Position numbers and translations under genes: made by a program. A DNA stretch of 63,550 bases, counting the filler, from Octopus bimaculoides (lineage: Eukaryota): NCBI RefSeq assembly GCF_001194135.2. It is 10 parts of 10 records of this genome, joined end to end, with 100 filler letters (N's around TTAATTAATTAA, not from the genome) between each part and the next. Parts side by side here need not be neighbours in the genome. Positions count along the whole stretch, not along the records: positions 1 to 11,542 come from NC_068990.1; positions 11,643 to 24,107 come from NC_069002.1; 8 more parts are not named here. One strand, written 5' to 3'. How positions within the stretch are numbered: the stretch's first letter is position 1; each line of letters begins with the position of its first letter. The notes beneath the pieces were generated by a model, which saw nothing but the letters and a program-made list of their open reading frames with translations, had not been told where the DNA came from and ran no database searches. Of this stretch, positions 1 through 13,575 are shown one piece after another.

Positions 1-469
1 GGTGGTGGTGGTGGTGGTGGCGGCGGCGGTGGCAGTGGTGGCGGTGCTGGTGCAGGTGGTGCTGGTGAAGGTGGTGGCGGCGGTGGCAGCGGTGGAGGTC
101 ATTGCAGTCGTGGTAGTGGTGGTGATGGCGCTGGAAGCAACGTTAGTTTCCAACCAGGCCCTTACCTCTTGACCAGTAAATTTAAGCAGCAATGTGTTAC
201 TGTTCTCTTCTGTGATAAAGATGTTCCCATCTGAAATACTTTAGAACAGGACTATGGAACTTCTCGGGACGATTGGCGAGTTTATAAAAGACTGAGAGAA
301 CGTGCAGTACTTGGAACAATAAGGGGTTGATCAGTTTTACAAATTCATAAGTATGCAATATTTTGGATTTGATTTGTAAGATTCTTGCTGTGAATTGGTG
401 TGTTGAAACATATCTTCCCCTTAAAATTTCAGACCCTGGGCCTTGAGTAGAAAGGATTGTCTTCTGTCT

Positions 470-890
470 TCAATCTTTTATTTGTTGCAGTCATTAGACT
501 GCGGTCATGCTGGGGCACCGCATTGGAGAATTTTAGCCGAACGATTTGACCCCAGTACTTGTTTTTTTTTTTTTTAAAGCCTAGTATTTAATTTATCGGT
601 CTGTTCTGCCGAATCGCTGAGTGACGGAGATGTAAACACACCCGCACCGGTTGTCAAGCGTTGGTGAGGGACAAACACAGACACAAAGACACACACATAC
701 GCATATAAATATATATACATCGGGCTTCTTTCAGTTTCCGCCTACCAAATCCACTTGCAAGGTTTTGGTCGGGCCGAGGCTATAGTAGAAGACATTTACT
801 CACAGCGCTACGCAGTGGGAATGAACCCGGAACCATGTGGTGAGGAAACAAGCTTCTTACCACACAGCCACGCCGGCGCCTATATTTGCG
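470..890 (-). mobile_element. tRNA-derived SINE family A copy
   Basis: Matches the family A consensus seen many times in the window: tRNA-like head with A/B boxes, CCTTGGGCAAGTGTCTTCTAC block, central (TA/CA)n, and a 3' half ending in an (AAAGAGT)-like tail. Confidence 0.85.
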
Positions 891-3600
891 TATTTCTCTT
901 CAAATCTTTGAATGTATTTATTTTCCTGTCCGTTTAAAATTGTTATCTTCATGCATGGAAGTGGCTGTATTACATTTTACTCGGAAAATTTCTGTCAGAA
1001 TCTCAATTTGTAACCTGAAAAAAAACAATGGAAATTCTGCGTTACGACAAGATTTTGGGGAGCAGCTTTCCGTAACGCGAGGTATATCTTTATGACTGTT
1101 AGGGATGGGAGAAAATGACGTGTAAAAATGCTGAGCTGTGCCAAAGTAGATTAGATGATTACAATAGAATAGACTCACTTTACATAAGTGGATATGAGAA
1201 CTTACGTGATAAATAAATCTGAAAACCAGATGTTGTTTTTGTTGTTCAAACGTTGTCAATCCTGATCTATGATTAAAAAGCATTCCAATCGTGACCATCC
1301 TGTCTGTTAATGTACATTAGAAACTACGAAAGGAGAATGTGAGTGAATTAGTTCGATGCTCATTTTGTTGTAGGCGTCTGTGAAGCACAAACACTCACTC
1401 ACACAGATACATTCATATATGCTTCTCTAAACCATCTATAAATGTAACTATGCAGTCATACTAGGTGTATGTGCTTTATAATAGTAACAAGCTATGTAAA
1501 CTTAACTACAATATCTTAACTAAATAGCATTAATATATAATATACCAGCAGTTAAGTACCTGATTCAGTAACGCTTAGACACAACTCTACTGAATCATTT
1601 AAGTATTTATAAACAATCTGTCTCATAACATTGTACTTAGCTCACACACCTGCCAGATTATGCACATTAACACACACATATATCAACTAACATAAACACA
1701 CACATTTATACAATCACACAATAGATTTTCTTCTTTTTTTTCTTCTTATTTCGTTTTGCCTATTATATTTATTTTTTTATTTTTTTAATGATATAGACAA
1801 AAAAAAATGAAAAGGACAGAGCCGAAAAACTTTTATAGGATCTCCGAGACTGTGAAGCTATGACTCAGGCATGGGACACTGTTAGAGCAGAGCAGACTTC
1901 CTCGAAAGGTACTAAACAGCTCCGTCGCGTGACTTTTAGAGGAACCCCCTGTAACATTTCGTTTCGAGGCCCCATTCCTTCAATCAAAATTCAAAATCTA
2001 CGCACCTTTTATTATGAAGTTCAATATTTCACGTTACCCCAAAGAACATCTAAGTTACGGGGGTTGTCAAGCACAAAGACATACGTAAATACCCCCACCA
2101 TCACCACCACCACCACCACCACCACCACCCCACACACACGACGGCTTCCACAGAAGCTACGTCTATCAAATTCGCTCACAAAGCATTGACTGACTTAGAG
2201 CTATAGAAGACATTTGCCCAAAGTACTGCGCATTGAGGCTGAACCCGAGACCATATGCTTGGCAAGGAAGCTTCTTCCCCACACATACATACAATCTTCT
2301 ACATTCAGTAAGTATAGAGATAATTGAAGCTAACATAATACTTTTACGTATAATAACTTAGGGACCAGGCTTGGCCCTCCACGTGAATGACTCTCGGTTA
2401 ATTACCCCTTAGAAGACCAACAAGGTCATCTGTACAGCCACTCTACCCTAGAATATATAAGCTTTTTGCTATCAGCAAAGAAAGAAATTATTAGCATTAA
2501 GATACAGTATCGGTGAAACAATGCGAGTGACGTTGTTGTAGTAGGAGAAAGATGGCGGCTAAGATAAACGAAAGTGGGACGCCGCCATGCTGTCAGATTA
2601 AATGATTTGACTTGACAGATTAGTGAGACGTTAGATGCTGATTTGGTGAGCTGTCAAGAGCGGTAGCTTTTTCCACATCACTACGGTATCGATCAATAAA
2701 CATATTAGCTGATTCATAATTCAATTCATCGTCTCTGGATTATCTTCATCACCTTGGTTCGCATCAGCTATGTACATCGCCATCTTTATCAGATAAATAC
2801 CATTTATTCTTTCCATTGTTTCATACTGTAGTGAATCAATTCTTCAATCCGGTTTCGATTCTCGAGAAGACTGTTTTTTAACACCAAAGACGTTCTTTTT
2901 TAAGGTAGACGTTTTGCAAACAACTTGCACCTCCAAGTGCTACCAATCGAAAGCTCCGCATACCGGAAGCCAGCAAGTATATGTGGTCATCAGGAGAGAA
3001 CACGTGCCGTTTCGGGACCTACCTCTCGACGGCATCATTGCGCACCGGCCCCCGACTTACTGACATGAGGGCCTGCTTATTAGAAGTTGCTCAATGTTCT
3101 TCTAGCCATCGCCCATCGTCTCTTTTTAACCAAATCATCAACATCACAACGAGGGTACACTATTATAAACACGGCGAATAACACTCCAGCTTCTGTGTGA
3201 ATGTAGAACCTGAAATATAATGAAAACAAAGAACATGAATTAAAAGAAAAAAAATATAGTAAAAAAAAAAGACTTTCAAAAAAACAACAACAACAACAAT
3301 ACATCTGAAAAGGAAAGAAAACGTCAAAACAGTAGAACTAGTAGCGTCTCACGTGATATCTTATTGTAAATATTTGTAAACAAATATTTACGTTAAATAC
3401 CGCAAATACAAGAAGTGAAGAGCACCAGAGTTTTTCATGTTTGCTAGCTTTGTTTTGTTTTGCTTTTCTTACATTTATTTATGTATGTATTTATTTATTT
3501 ATTCATTTTTCTAATTTTCTTGACAAGATTCATTATTGTATGAGCAAACGCTACTTTGCTGTGGGGGTGATTATGAAATGGTCAAAAACTAAATACAGCT

Positions 3601-3647
<47 letters not shown>

Positions 3648-3722
3648 CGCATATGCTTACATGTATCATATATGCATTTATATATATGAATATATATGTG
3701 CATGTGTGTGTATGTATGTGTC

Positions 3723-3795
<73 letters not shown>

Positions 3796-3799
<4 letters not shown>

Positions 3800-3968
3800 G
3801 CAGGAGTGGTTGTGTGGTAAAGTAGCTTGCTTACCAACCACATGGTTCCGGGTTCAGTCCCACTGCGTAGCACCTTCGGCAAGTGTCTTCTACTATAGCC
3901 TCGGGCTGACCAAAGCCTTGTGAGTGAATTTGGTAGACGGAAACTGAAACAAGCCCGTTGTATATATA
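3796..3968 (+). mobile_element. SINE family A, 5' half, runs into gap
   Basis: AGGTGCAGGAGTGGTTGTGTGGTAA...GGTTCAGTCCCACTGCG head, then the family A core up to the central microsatellite. Confidence 0.85.
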
Positions 3969-5085
3969 NNNNNNNNNNNNNNNNNNNNNNNNNNNNNNNN
4001 NNNNNNNNNNNNNNNNNNNNNNNNNNNNNNNNNNNNNNNNNNNNNNNNNNNNNNNNNNNNNNNNNNNNNNNNNNNNNNNNNNNNNNNNNNNNNNNNNNNN
4101 NNNNNNNNNNNNNNNNNNNNNNNNNNNNNNNNNNNNNNNNNNNNNNNNNNNNNNNNNNNNNNNNNNNNNNNNNNNNNNNNNNNNNNNNNNNNNNNNNNNN
4201 NNNNNNNNNNNNNNNNNNNNNNNNNNNNNNNNNNNNNNNNNNNNNNNNNNNNNNNNNNNNNNNNNNNNNNNNNNNNNNNNNNNNNNNNNNNNNNNNNNNN
4301 NNNNNNNNNNNNNNNNNNNNNNNNNNNNNNNNNNNNNNNNNNNNNNNNNNNNNNNNNNNNNNNNNNNNNNNNNNNNNNNNNNNNNNNNNNNNNNNNNNNN
4401 NNNNNNNNNNNNNNNNNNNNNNNNNNNNNNNNNNNNNNNNNNNNNNNNNNNNNNNNNNNNNNNNNNNNNNNNNNNNNNNNNNNNNNNNNNNNNNNNNNNN
4501 NNNNNNNNNNNNNNNNNNNNNNNNNNNNNNNNNNNNNNNNNNNNNNNNNNNNNNNNNNNNNNNNNNNNNNNNNNNNNNNNNNNNNNNNNNNNNNNNNNNN
4601 NNNNNNNNNNNNNNNNNNNNNNNNNNNNNNNNNNNNNNNNNNNNNNNNNNNNNNNNNNNNNNNNNNNNNNNNNNNNNNNNNNNNNNNNNNNNNNNNNNNN
4701 NNNNNNNNNNNNNNNNNNNNNNNNNNNNNNNNNNNNNNNNNNNNNNNNNNNNNNNNNNNNNNNNNNNNNNNNNNNNNNNNNNNNNNNNNNNNNNNNNNNN
4801 NNNNNNNNNNNNNNAAAAAGATAATGATACTAGGGGTGCCCCAGCATGGCCCCGACTTTTAGGCCAAAACACACTAAAAAATAATATAATATGTATCGAA
4901 ACGCCTAGTTTAGAATAGAGGCAGCTGATGAAGAATTTATCCAAGTGGCTATTTGTTTTTCTATGTGTTCGTTCCGTTGTCTGTAGTTCATTTTTCTAAC
5001 GTCCTGTACCCGAATATGCATCTATATACACATGTAGATGTAAGTATCTACATATATGTGTGTATACATGCTTATATATCCGTTG

Positions 5086-5119
<34 letters not shown>

Positions 5120-5265
5120 GGGTATTACGTGTACTTGAGTGTGTGTATTGGTGTGTGTGTGTATTAGTGCCCGTATGTATGTATATGAGTGTTTATCTTG
5201 TTAAGTAAATACTTATGTCTATAAAAACAAAAAAAAGCATCAAAATTGTCTTACGTGTTTATGCC

Positions 5266-5305
<40 letters not shown>

Positions 5306-5692
5306 TGTACTCTTACAAAAGTTAACCTAAATTTTCTGTATGAGCCTATTTACTTATTCTAAACGTTTCGATTATGTTAACCGCGTCTGTTCGTCATCAC
5401 CTGCTATATTTGCCATGTCTATGTGCTTAAGTTAATCTCAAGGTCTACAGATCTTCTGGGGCCGCATTCCTCGAAATAACATCTGCGGAATCGATTAATA
5501 TACTTGACACCTCTCGACATATGCAAACATGCGCGCACTCACACAGAAACACACGGAGACACACAAACACACGCACACACATACATACACACTTACGTAC
5601 ACAAACATACAAACTTTATATTCATTTAAAAACCCAGACACGCATACACTCAGAGTTACAAACACACGTATTCATCTCTGTATGTGTGTAGT

Positions 5693-5726
<34 letters not shown>

Positions 5727-5826
5727 NNNNNNNNNNNNNNNNNNNNNNNNNNNNNNNNNNNNNNNNNNNNNNNNNNNNNNNNNNNNNNNNNNNNNNNNNN
5801 NNNNNNNNNNNNNNNNNNNNNNNNNN

Positions 5827-5868
<42 letters not shown>

Positions 5869-6329
5869 CTTCCATTTTGTCTTTGTCGCAATTGTCGCTT
5901 TTGTGGTTTTCCATAATAATTCCATTGTCGCTTTTCTGTAGAACACATTGTTGCTATTCTCAGACAAGCTGTCCATGTGGATGTTGCTGTCTCAAGTAGA
6001 TTTGCTATAGTGTCAGGAAGATATGATGTGGGGGTGGACGCATTAAATATATCATAAAACAAAAATTAAATAAGATCGTAGTATAATGGTTAAGACGTTG
6101 CATTGACAATCTCAAGATTGTGATTTCGATTCCCCGCCCGGGCGTTGAGTGAGACGCTTTATTTCACGTTGTTCCAGTCCACTCAGCTGAAATGAGTAAC
6201 CCTAGGCTGAAGTCTCGTCCAAGGAGGATGTGATCTCGGTCACTTATATGAACGGGGAAACCAGACAAAGGGACCTAGGAGTCCTAGGGCTCGAGGACGT
6301 TTAGGGGATGCTGCTGTTGCAGATAATGA

Positions 6330-6910
6330 TTATGATGGTCTAGTAATTAGGGTTTCTGATGTATCAAGCAAGTAATTTTAGGGGAAGAAGGTAGTCGATT
6401 ACAGTGGCCCCAATACTTAGCTGGTCCTGAGGAAAAAAAAAAAGAAAGGTAAAGCTGAACTCGACAGGAAAGGAACTCGTAAAAAGCCGGAACAAATACC
6501 GTAGGGCACTTTGTCCGGTGTGCGAACGATTCTACCAGCTCGCTGCTTTAATAATAACAATAATAATGGTTTCACATTCTTGGTACATAATCAGTGATTT
6601 TCGAGGGAGTGCTCAACTGGTACTTATTTCATTGCCCCCGAAAGGTAAAGCTGACCGTGACTGGTTTTGAACTCAGAAAGTAAAGAGCCAAAAGAGATGT
6701 CGTTAGGCATTTTGTCCGCCGCTCTAAAAATCTGTCATCCCGCCGCTTTAATAATAGTGATAATAACCCTTTTTACTATAAGCACAAGGCCTGAAATTCG
6801 GTGAGTAGGGGCTAGTCGATTACTTCGGCCCCCAGTGTGTAACTGGTACTAATTCATCGATCGCGCAAGAATGACAGGCAAAGTGAGCCTCGGCGGAATT
6901 CGAACTCGGA
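6330..6910 (-). mobile_element. Three head-to-tail copies of SINE family B (Meta-like domain)
   Basis: Repeated reverse copies of GGCGAGCTGGCAGAATCGTTAGC...CTTTGCCTTTCATCCTTTCGGGGTCGATAAA...GTACCAG separated by (AAT)n. Confidence 0.75.
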
Positions 6911-9039
6911 ACGACTAATAACGATAATAATAATACCATTAAAATAACGAAAGCATAAATAGCAAATAAAAAGCAAACAACAAAACTGCCAAGATTGAGA
7001 ATGAAAGTATTAAAAGTAATAACGTAGCGAACGTCTATCACGAAGATAGACTTAATACTTCTAAAATAAAGAAAAGGATAATAACAAAACAAATTGGAAT
7101 CGTAGAAAACCAACCGAATGACCAACAAATTCCGAACCAGGGCAGCACCAACAATAATGTTGATAAAAAAAGATTAAAAATTAGATTATTCTAAAGATGG
7201 GATTTATGATTCTGATAATAAAAAAAGAGACATAATTAAAGAACTGAAATAAATAGACGTTTGCTTTTTCCCAACTAAAGACTCTTCCAAGGACAAGGCT
7301 TAGAGAGTAAAATAGCAATAACAACAAGGAATGTAAATTTGTCCGTTGCAGAGTCAAGGAGAAAACAGACATGAGCATCAATATCTCCAGGATAAAGTAA
7401 AAACGATTGGTCAAAGACACAGTAGTTCTAAGAGACACTATTTTATATCAACTTATGCAGGGATATCAAAACCCCAGCAAAAAATAGCATGGAAACAAAC
7501 CGAGAGAAAACATAGAAACTAAAATATGATAAACAATCTATATTGATATCAGAAACAAAAGCATTGCTTTGCTTTGACCGCGATTATTTATCAGAAAATT
7601 CCTTAACCAAACGTATAAAAAAGTGGCGGGGATATCCCGACTAAAATATTCTCATTACTGTTAGTAAAATAACTGGAAAAGTTCACTCAAGCAATCAACA
7701 CACACACACACACACAAGCTTAAATACACACACATTTAATAACTCTCCCACCCTAAGTAATTCTAATGGAGTCTATTGTCTACAGTTAGATAACATTACT
7801 AAAAAAAAACGCAATTGACCTCTTGAACTGTCCTCAATTTCAACCATCCCAGAACAAAGAGCCCTCCCAACAGCTTGGTACCGTGGCAACTGACCAAAGA
7901 ATACAATACAATTTCAACCATCTCAGAAAAAGACTCCTTTTTCTCTCTCTCTTTCTTTCTTCCTTTCTTCTTTCCTTTCTTTCATTCTTTCTTTCATTTT
8001 TACTTTTTTCTCCCTTACCAAGCCTCCAAAAATTCACATGCATACATATTCTTACACACACACATATATATTCATATACATGTATATACATATACATACA
8101 TGCATACTCACTCACACACACACAAAACACACACACAGATTCAAAATAACATTCTTTCCCTAATATTCAACTCCAGATTCTTTTCAACTAATTCTCATAC
8201 ACATAAAAGGCATAAATTTCTTGTAAAGAATCATTCCAGATGAATCGCTGAAACGAGATGAAAGCGTTATATGATAATTATCCAAAATTCCGACTCTTTT
8301 TTAATATATACATTTAATCTGTACACCACTTCACACAACATATACACATATATACCTATATCTATCTATTGACTGAGTCATTTGCCAATAATCTATCATT
8401 TAAGCTGATATTTTTATAAGCTGTCCAATGTTTAGAGCCGTGTTTCGTTATTGTTTATGCTATATTTATACAGAAAATATTTTCCTTGTTTTTCTCTTTA
8501 AAGTTTATTTACTTCTCTTGTTGTGACTCAGCAATCGACACAATTACTTAGTAAATCATGCAATTAACTTATATTGCTCTGTTTTGATATATTATATGGT
8601 TGACTTTCCCTTTGTCTATTGCTTATATCCTTTGTTACTGTTGGTATTTAGGAGTGTATCTTCTACAAAAACACTTTGTTGTTTATGACAGTAAGTTTGC
8701 TCTGTTCTGTGTAAGTTGGTAAGGTGTTGGTGATATACGCATCGCCAACTTCCAGTCCATTACTCACAGAACGAGTTGATAGTAAGAAATTCTGAGAAGA
8801 GCTAAACAGAAGGGATTCAGAGGAGCCCCCTTCGTCAACCCATAACTTTTTACACTCTAAGGGTTCTGGGCTAGGGTTAGCGTTAGGGCTAGGTTGATTC
8901 CTTGACACCCTTCTTCTGCCACATTCTATGCTACTGTCTAGATTACAACCCACCTAAGTGGTTAAGGTGGCCCAGATCCACGATGCCGGTTAAGTGTAGG
9001 GTAAATTATCCCATTTGAAATTGACTTCCGTTCTTCCTT

Positions 9040-9290
9040 GATCAGATCCAGTTGGGAATATTCTCAGCTGCTTCTGCCATTACCGTAAAAACTCTGATTT
9101 TCTTCCCAGAAATTGAGAGCTCTTTCATGAGATCATTGGTAGATTTGCCCACAAACCCTCTTGCACCCACTTCTATGGCGATGACTGCGGTTTGAAAGCC
9201 AAATTCTTTCACTCTAATAGCTTAACTTCCAAATTTTTCAGTCTTTTAGATGTGGGCTTTTTCCATCCTGTTTTTGCGTAAAGTTTATTT
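9040..9290 (-). mobile_element. Degraded non-LTR retrotransposon C-terminus with restriction-like endonuclease (HERO/NeSL-like)
   Basis: Minus frame reads RMEKAHI*KTEKF...AVIAIEVGARGFVGKS...AEAAENIPNWI. The IEVG.RGF and EAAE..S.W.W motifs are typical of this group. Contains stops. Confidence 0.7.
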
Positions 9291-9389
9291 ACTTTTCTTG
9301 CTGTGACACAGTAATCGTTACAATTGCTTAGCAAATCCTGTAATTAACTTATATTTACTCTGCTCCGACACGTTATTCCATTGACTTTC

Positions 9390-9680
9390 CCATTCCGCAT
9401 TGCTTATATCGTCCGTTTAGCTTCGTTGGTTACGGGGACGTAAATACACCACCATCAGTTGTCAAGTGATGTTGCGGGGGGGACAAACATAGACACAAAA
9501 ACATATATATATATATATATATATATATACGACGGGCTTCTTTCAGTTTCCGTCTACCAAATCTACCCACAAGGCTTTGGTCGGCTCGAGGCTAAAGTAG
9601 AAGACACTTGCTCAAGGTGCCACGCAATGGGACTGAAGCCAGAACCATGTGGTTGGTAAGCAAGCTACTTAACACACAGT
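9390..9680 (-). mobile_element. SINE family A copy
   Basis: Sequence identity to other family A copies. Confidence 0.8.
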
Positions 9681-10569
9681 CAGTATCCTGCTACTCCGAG
9701 TTTCACCTGTAACTGTAATGGGTCTTCAACCAAGTTACGACTCTGCGCATCCGCGGGGGTGGGGGTGGGGGTGAAACTCAGAGTATCAAGAGACAGGCTC
9801 AACCAAATTAAGCATACTCTTAATACTTACTGTAGTATCTAGCATTCACTCTTCCGACAATCAGGCTTAAACATGCGCTTGTGTGTGTGTGAATAAATTT
9901 ATGTATGCATATGTATATATCTATTTATACGTGTGTTTCTGAATTTATGTATTATTTTCCTTAAGGGCATTGTTTACGCTTAAGGTATTTTTAGTATCGC
10001 TAATAATAATAAAGAAATGAAGAAGTTTAAGTGATTTGCTGATGTTTTAAGTATTGGTGAATCATCACAACTGATTAACGCACCTTTATTGACAATATCT
10101 ATTAATTTCCGTTGTTACCGGAAATAAACAGACGACTTATTTGTCGTCTGTTGGCGCAGCGAGATGGCGGAAAAGGTTGAATGTCAGTCTGACATATTTG
10201 AATACCTTTTTGTTTCGTTTATCTTTTTGTACGTGTTCAACTTAGCTTTACACTCATCATGTTTTCTTTTGTTTTCTTCTCATTGTTACTCTGTCGATGA
10301 AAAAAAAAACAGTAAACAATAATATTTTTCATACATTGGTTTCGATTAAATTGATTATAAAGCAGTAACAGTTATCTGGCTTGTGTCAACGAATCTATAA
10401 AGTCGTTATTCTAATGGAAAGAATGTAATATCTATGGTAACTGTTGCTATATTTTCGTCATATTTCTCAAGTTGTTTCAGGATAAAATAATGCTTAAAAT
10501 CAATAAACTGATATATGCATCGTTTCATATACTATACTATATGCAGTGTCAACATTTTTGATATAATAT

Positions 10570-10658
<89 letters not shown>

Positions 10659-11586
10659 GCTTTATTACAGAAACCTAGCGTATCAGGCTCAGTAAGGCGA
10701 ATGGAGAAATGCAGGAAGTCCAAGATTGCTACCAGAGACTGGGCTGCTATTGGTCAAGGCGAATCACATAGCATTATTAGATATAAGATTGACGTTCCAG
10801 ACACGCCAAATGCATTAATAAGAATTTCTTAACTGTACGGCTGGACAGGAAAGCTGGTGGCGTCTTGTTATCTGGTTAGGGATTGGGTCTTTGAAGGGAC
10901 TTTTGGGACATGTGTGTGTATACCAGCTGGATGAGTGCGTAGATGTGCCTGATGCCTGCGCGTGTGTGCTGTGGAGGGCCTGTATGCTGTGGAGGACGTG
11001 TGTGTGAGCTGACCTGTGGGTACGAGAGTTGAAGGCATTAGCTAATTGGTGTACACGTACGTGTATATATATATGTTCTCAGTATGACTTTAAACTGCAT
11101 CCGATTGTAGTACCTAGGTGCGTGAGAGGTTCAGGGTTTTGGGTACGGTGAAATCTCCACTTAGCCACTATTTGTTCCCGGGGTTACTCTGACCCGGAGT
11201 AGCAGCACATGCTAAGATCCCAGCTATGGGATACTCAATAGATTGACTACTGGGAGCTAAGGATCCCTAGTTCTCATCAGAACTACTTGCTGGAAGATGA
11301 TAAATTCACAAAGCTGAAATGCAATCAATTTCCGGTCGTCTCAACTCTTATCGTACCACTGGTATTGTAGCCTGATTGCGTTGAAAAGCGGATTCAATGT
11401 TGTGCAACATGTTATCCACTCGAAACAGATTCACGCACAGGAACTTCTTAAATTCTTGATTCTAAGGAGTGGTTTTTAGTCAGTCACGAATCGACTACAG
11501 CCAACACCATATATATATACATACACACACATATATTATATANNNNNNNNNNNNNNNNNNNNNNNNNNNNNNNNNNNNNNNNNNNN

Positions 11587-11598
11587 TTAATTAATTAA
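11587..11598. other. Artificial scaffold linker TTAATTAATTAA between N-runs
   Basis: The identical 12-mer is embedded in Ns at 11587, 24152, 25901, 35999, 46293, 48018, 52019, 57962 and 62472, and gives stops in all frames. Confidence 0.9.
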
Positions 11599-11757
11599 NN
11601 NNNNNNNNNNNNNNNNNNNNNNNNNNNNNNNNNNNNNNNNNNTGTATGTATGTATGTATGTATGCATGCGTGTATGTATGTATGTGAGTATGTATGTATG
11701 TATTTGTGTATGTATGTATGCATCTATGTATATATGTATGCATATATGTATATATGC

Positions 11758-11788
<31 letters not shown>

Positions 11789-12328
11789 CATGTATGTATG
11801 TTCTCTTCGTTTTCTTAATTTAGGATGGCTTTTCAATGGCCACCCATACTTGGTAGCAAGGTTGTGAAGGAAAGCAATTTGTTTTAACCACCATCCTCTA
11901 AATCTTAACAAAGTCTTGCAGATTTTTATGGTTCCAGATATTGTTATTTGTCCGTTGTATTTTCGCGCTAAAATATCAAATTTAAAACCGTTTAATGAAT
12001 GTAAACCCTGCCATTTTCCTGTCATACGACCTCGTCAGTTTAATTGTAACTTTTTGGTTAGGGAGATTTGGCTGTTATTTCGAGCGCTTAATAGCCTTAA
12101 CAATAGTGATAATGGGTAGAGGTTGCAACATTAAGAAATGCATCCCCTACCCAAATCCAATTCACTTGTGTCTTATCAAACCTATCTCTCCGTATTAAAA
12201 CCTCAGACAGACAAACATAAATGCTAGAGACACACTCGAAACCGCGAACACCGTCTCACTATAGTATCTCTATCAGTCATATATCTGTTTATCTCTGAAA
12301 TCCAGACACATGAAAAGACAGTCGGAAC

Positions 12329-12392
<64 letters not shown>

Positions 12393-12855
12393 CTCTCTAT
12401 CTATCTATCTACCGCTACATTAAATCAAAATCTCTACATCTGACGAAGATGCCTTTGTGGCTTTTACACTGAACGACCACACCCCCTGCTGGTCTCTTAC
12501 TCTTTTACTTGGCACTGAGGTTCTTAGAAAGAGTCAGAAAGCAATAAACAAACAACATCACAGATAAACTCACCAAAAACACAACTACACACAATAATAA
12601 AACACAAATATACATACAATAAAACTCAAACACTTAATTGCCTGTCAGAGTTATTTTCCTATTATTTTATTGTTTTTTTCTTTTCAGTCTGTTGCCAACT
12701 AGAAACTAACAAAAGCCCGAAAACGCAAGTGAAATAACATCATGCAGAGAAGTCATCAGGCTCACAGGCCCTTAAATATTTCTCCAAAGATTTTAATCCC
12801 AGTCAACACTAATTTACACAATAATCCCGCTCCAAACCATAACACACATCTAAAC

Positions 12856-13151
12856 CAGGGGTTTTCAAACTGTGGTCCGCGGACCACAGGGGGTCCGCAA
12901 GGACAAGACAGGGGGTCCGTGGACAGCAAATACTTTTTATGGGCAATTTGATTTTATATATGTTTTTTAATCGAAATCTTTTAATTGACAATAAACCTAT
13001 TTGTTAAATACTGTTAAATAAATAAATGTAAAAATATGTTATTTTAAGCAAATATTTATGTATAAATTTCATAAGCGTTTATAAGGGGGTCCCTAAGGTA
13101 AAGCCTGAAATATAAAGGGGTCCGCAAGTCAAAAAAGTTTGAAAACCCCTG
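12856..13151. mobile_element. hAT-family MITE, 296 bp
   Basis: Perfect TIRs CAGGGGTTTTCAAACT / AGTTTGAAAACCCCTG and a perfect 8-bp TSD ATCTAAAC (12848-12855 and 13152-13159). Confidence 0.93.
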
Positions 13152-13252
13152 ATCTAAACCAATTCACACGACTAAAACACTAGGCAAGACGTTACACATG
13201 TGGCATGCCTTTGGTGATCAGCTATCGTAAGGGGAGGAAATTCTTTTTAGAT

Positions 13253-13575
13253 CAATGGTTCTCAACCTGAGGTTCCCTATAAGATTTTGTGGGGGCCATA
13301 CATGCAAAATAGTAAATAGAGGATCCCCAGCAGTATTTTAAGGGTCCATGAAGGAATCAAAGGGTCCAAAATTTATCTGCAATAAATCGATTATACTTCT
13401 ACAATACACAAAATATTTTTTTCAAGATATATTTTTTTATATAATTCCTAATAAAATTTAATTACAAAAATACAGTAAGATATTTCAAACATCGAATGGC
13501 TATGAGAGACCCACCGAACACAATATCGAAATCAAAGTGGGATCTATAGGTAAAAAGAATGGTTGAGAAACAGTG
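13253..13575. mobile_element. Older hAT (Charlie/MER5-like) MITE
   Basis: Imperfect TIRs CAATGGTTCTCAACC / GGTTGAGAAACAGTG. TSD not recognisable. Confidence 0.6.

Noticed and set aside
1-140. Gly-rich or Pro-rich coding exon
   Set aside because: Degenerate (GGT/GGC)n like other trinucleotide tracts in the window. The Pro frame has a stop, and there is no convincing splice context.
3589-4944. Long ORFs in the track (451, 398, 347, 337, 319 aa and others)
   Set aside because: They are open only because they run through N-gaps or microsatellites.
11587-11598. Recurrent TTAATTAATTAA motif
   Set aside because: It is always embedded in N-runs, so it is an artificial scaffolding spacer, not biology.
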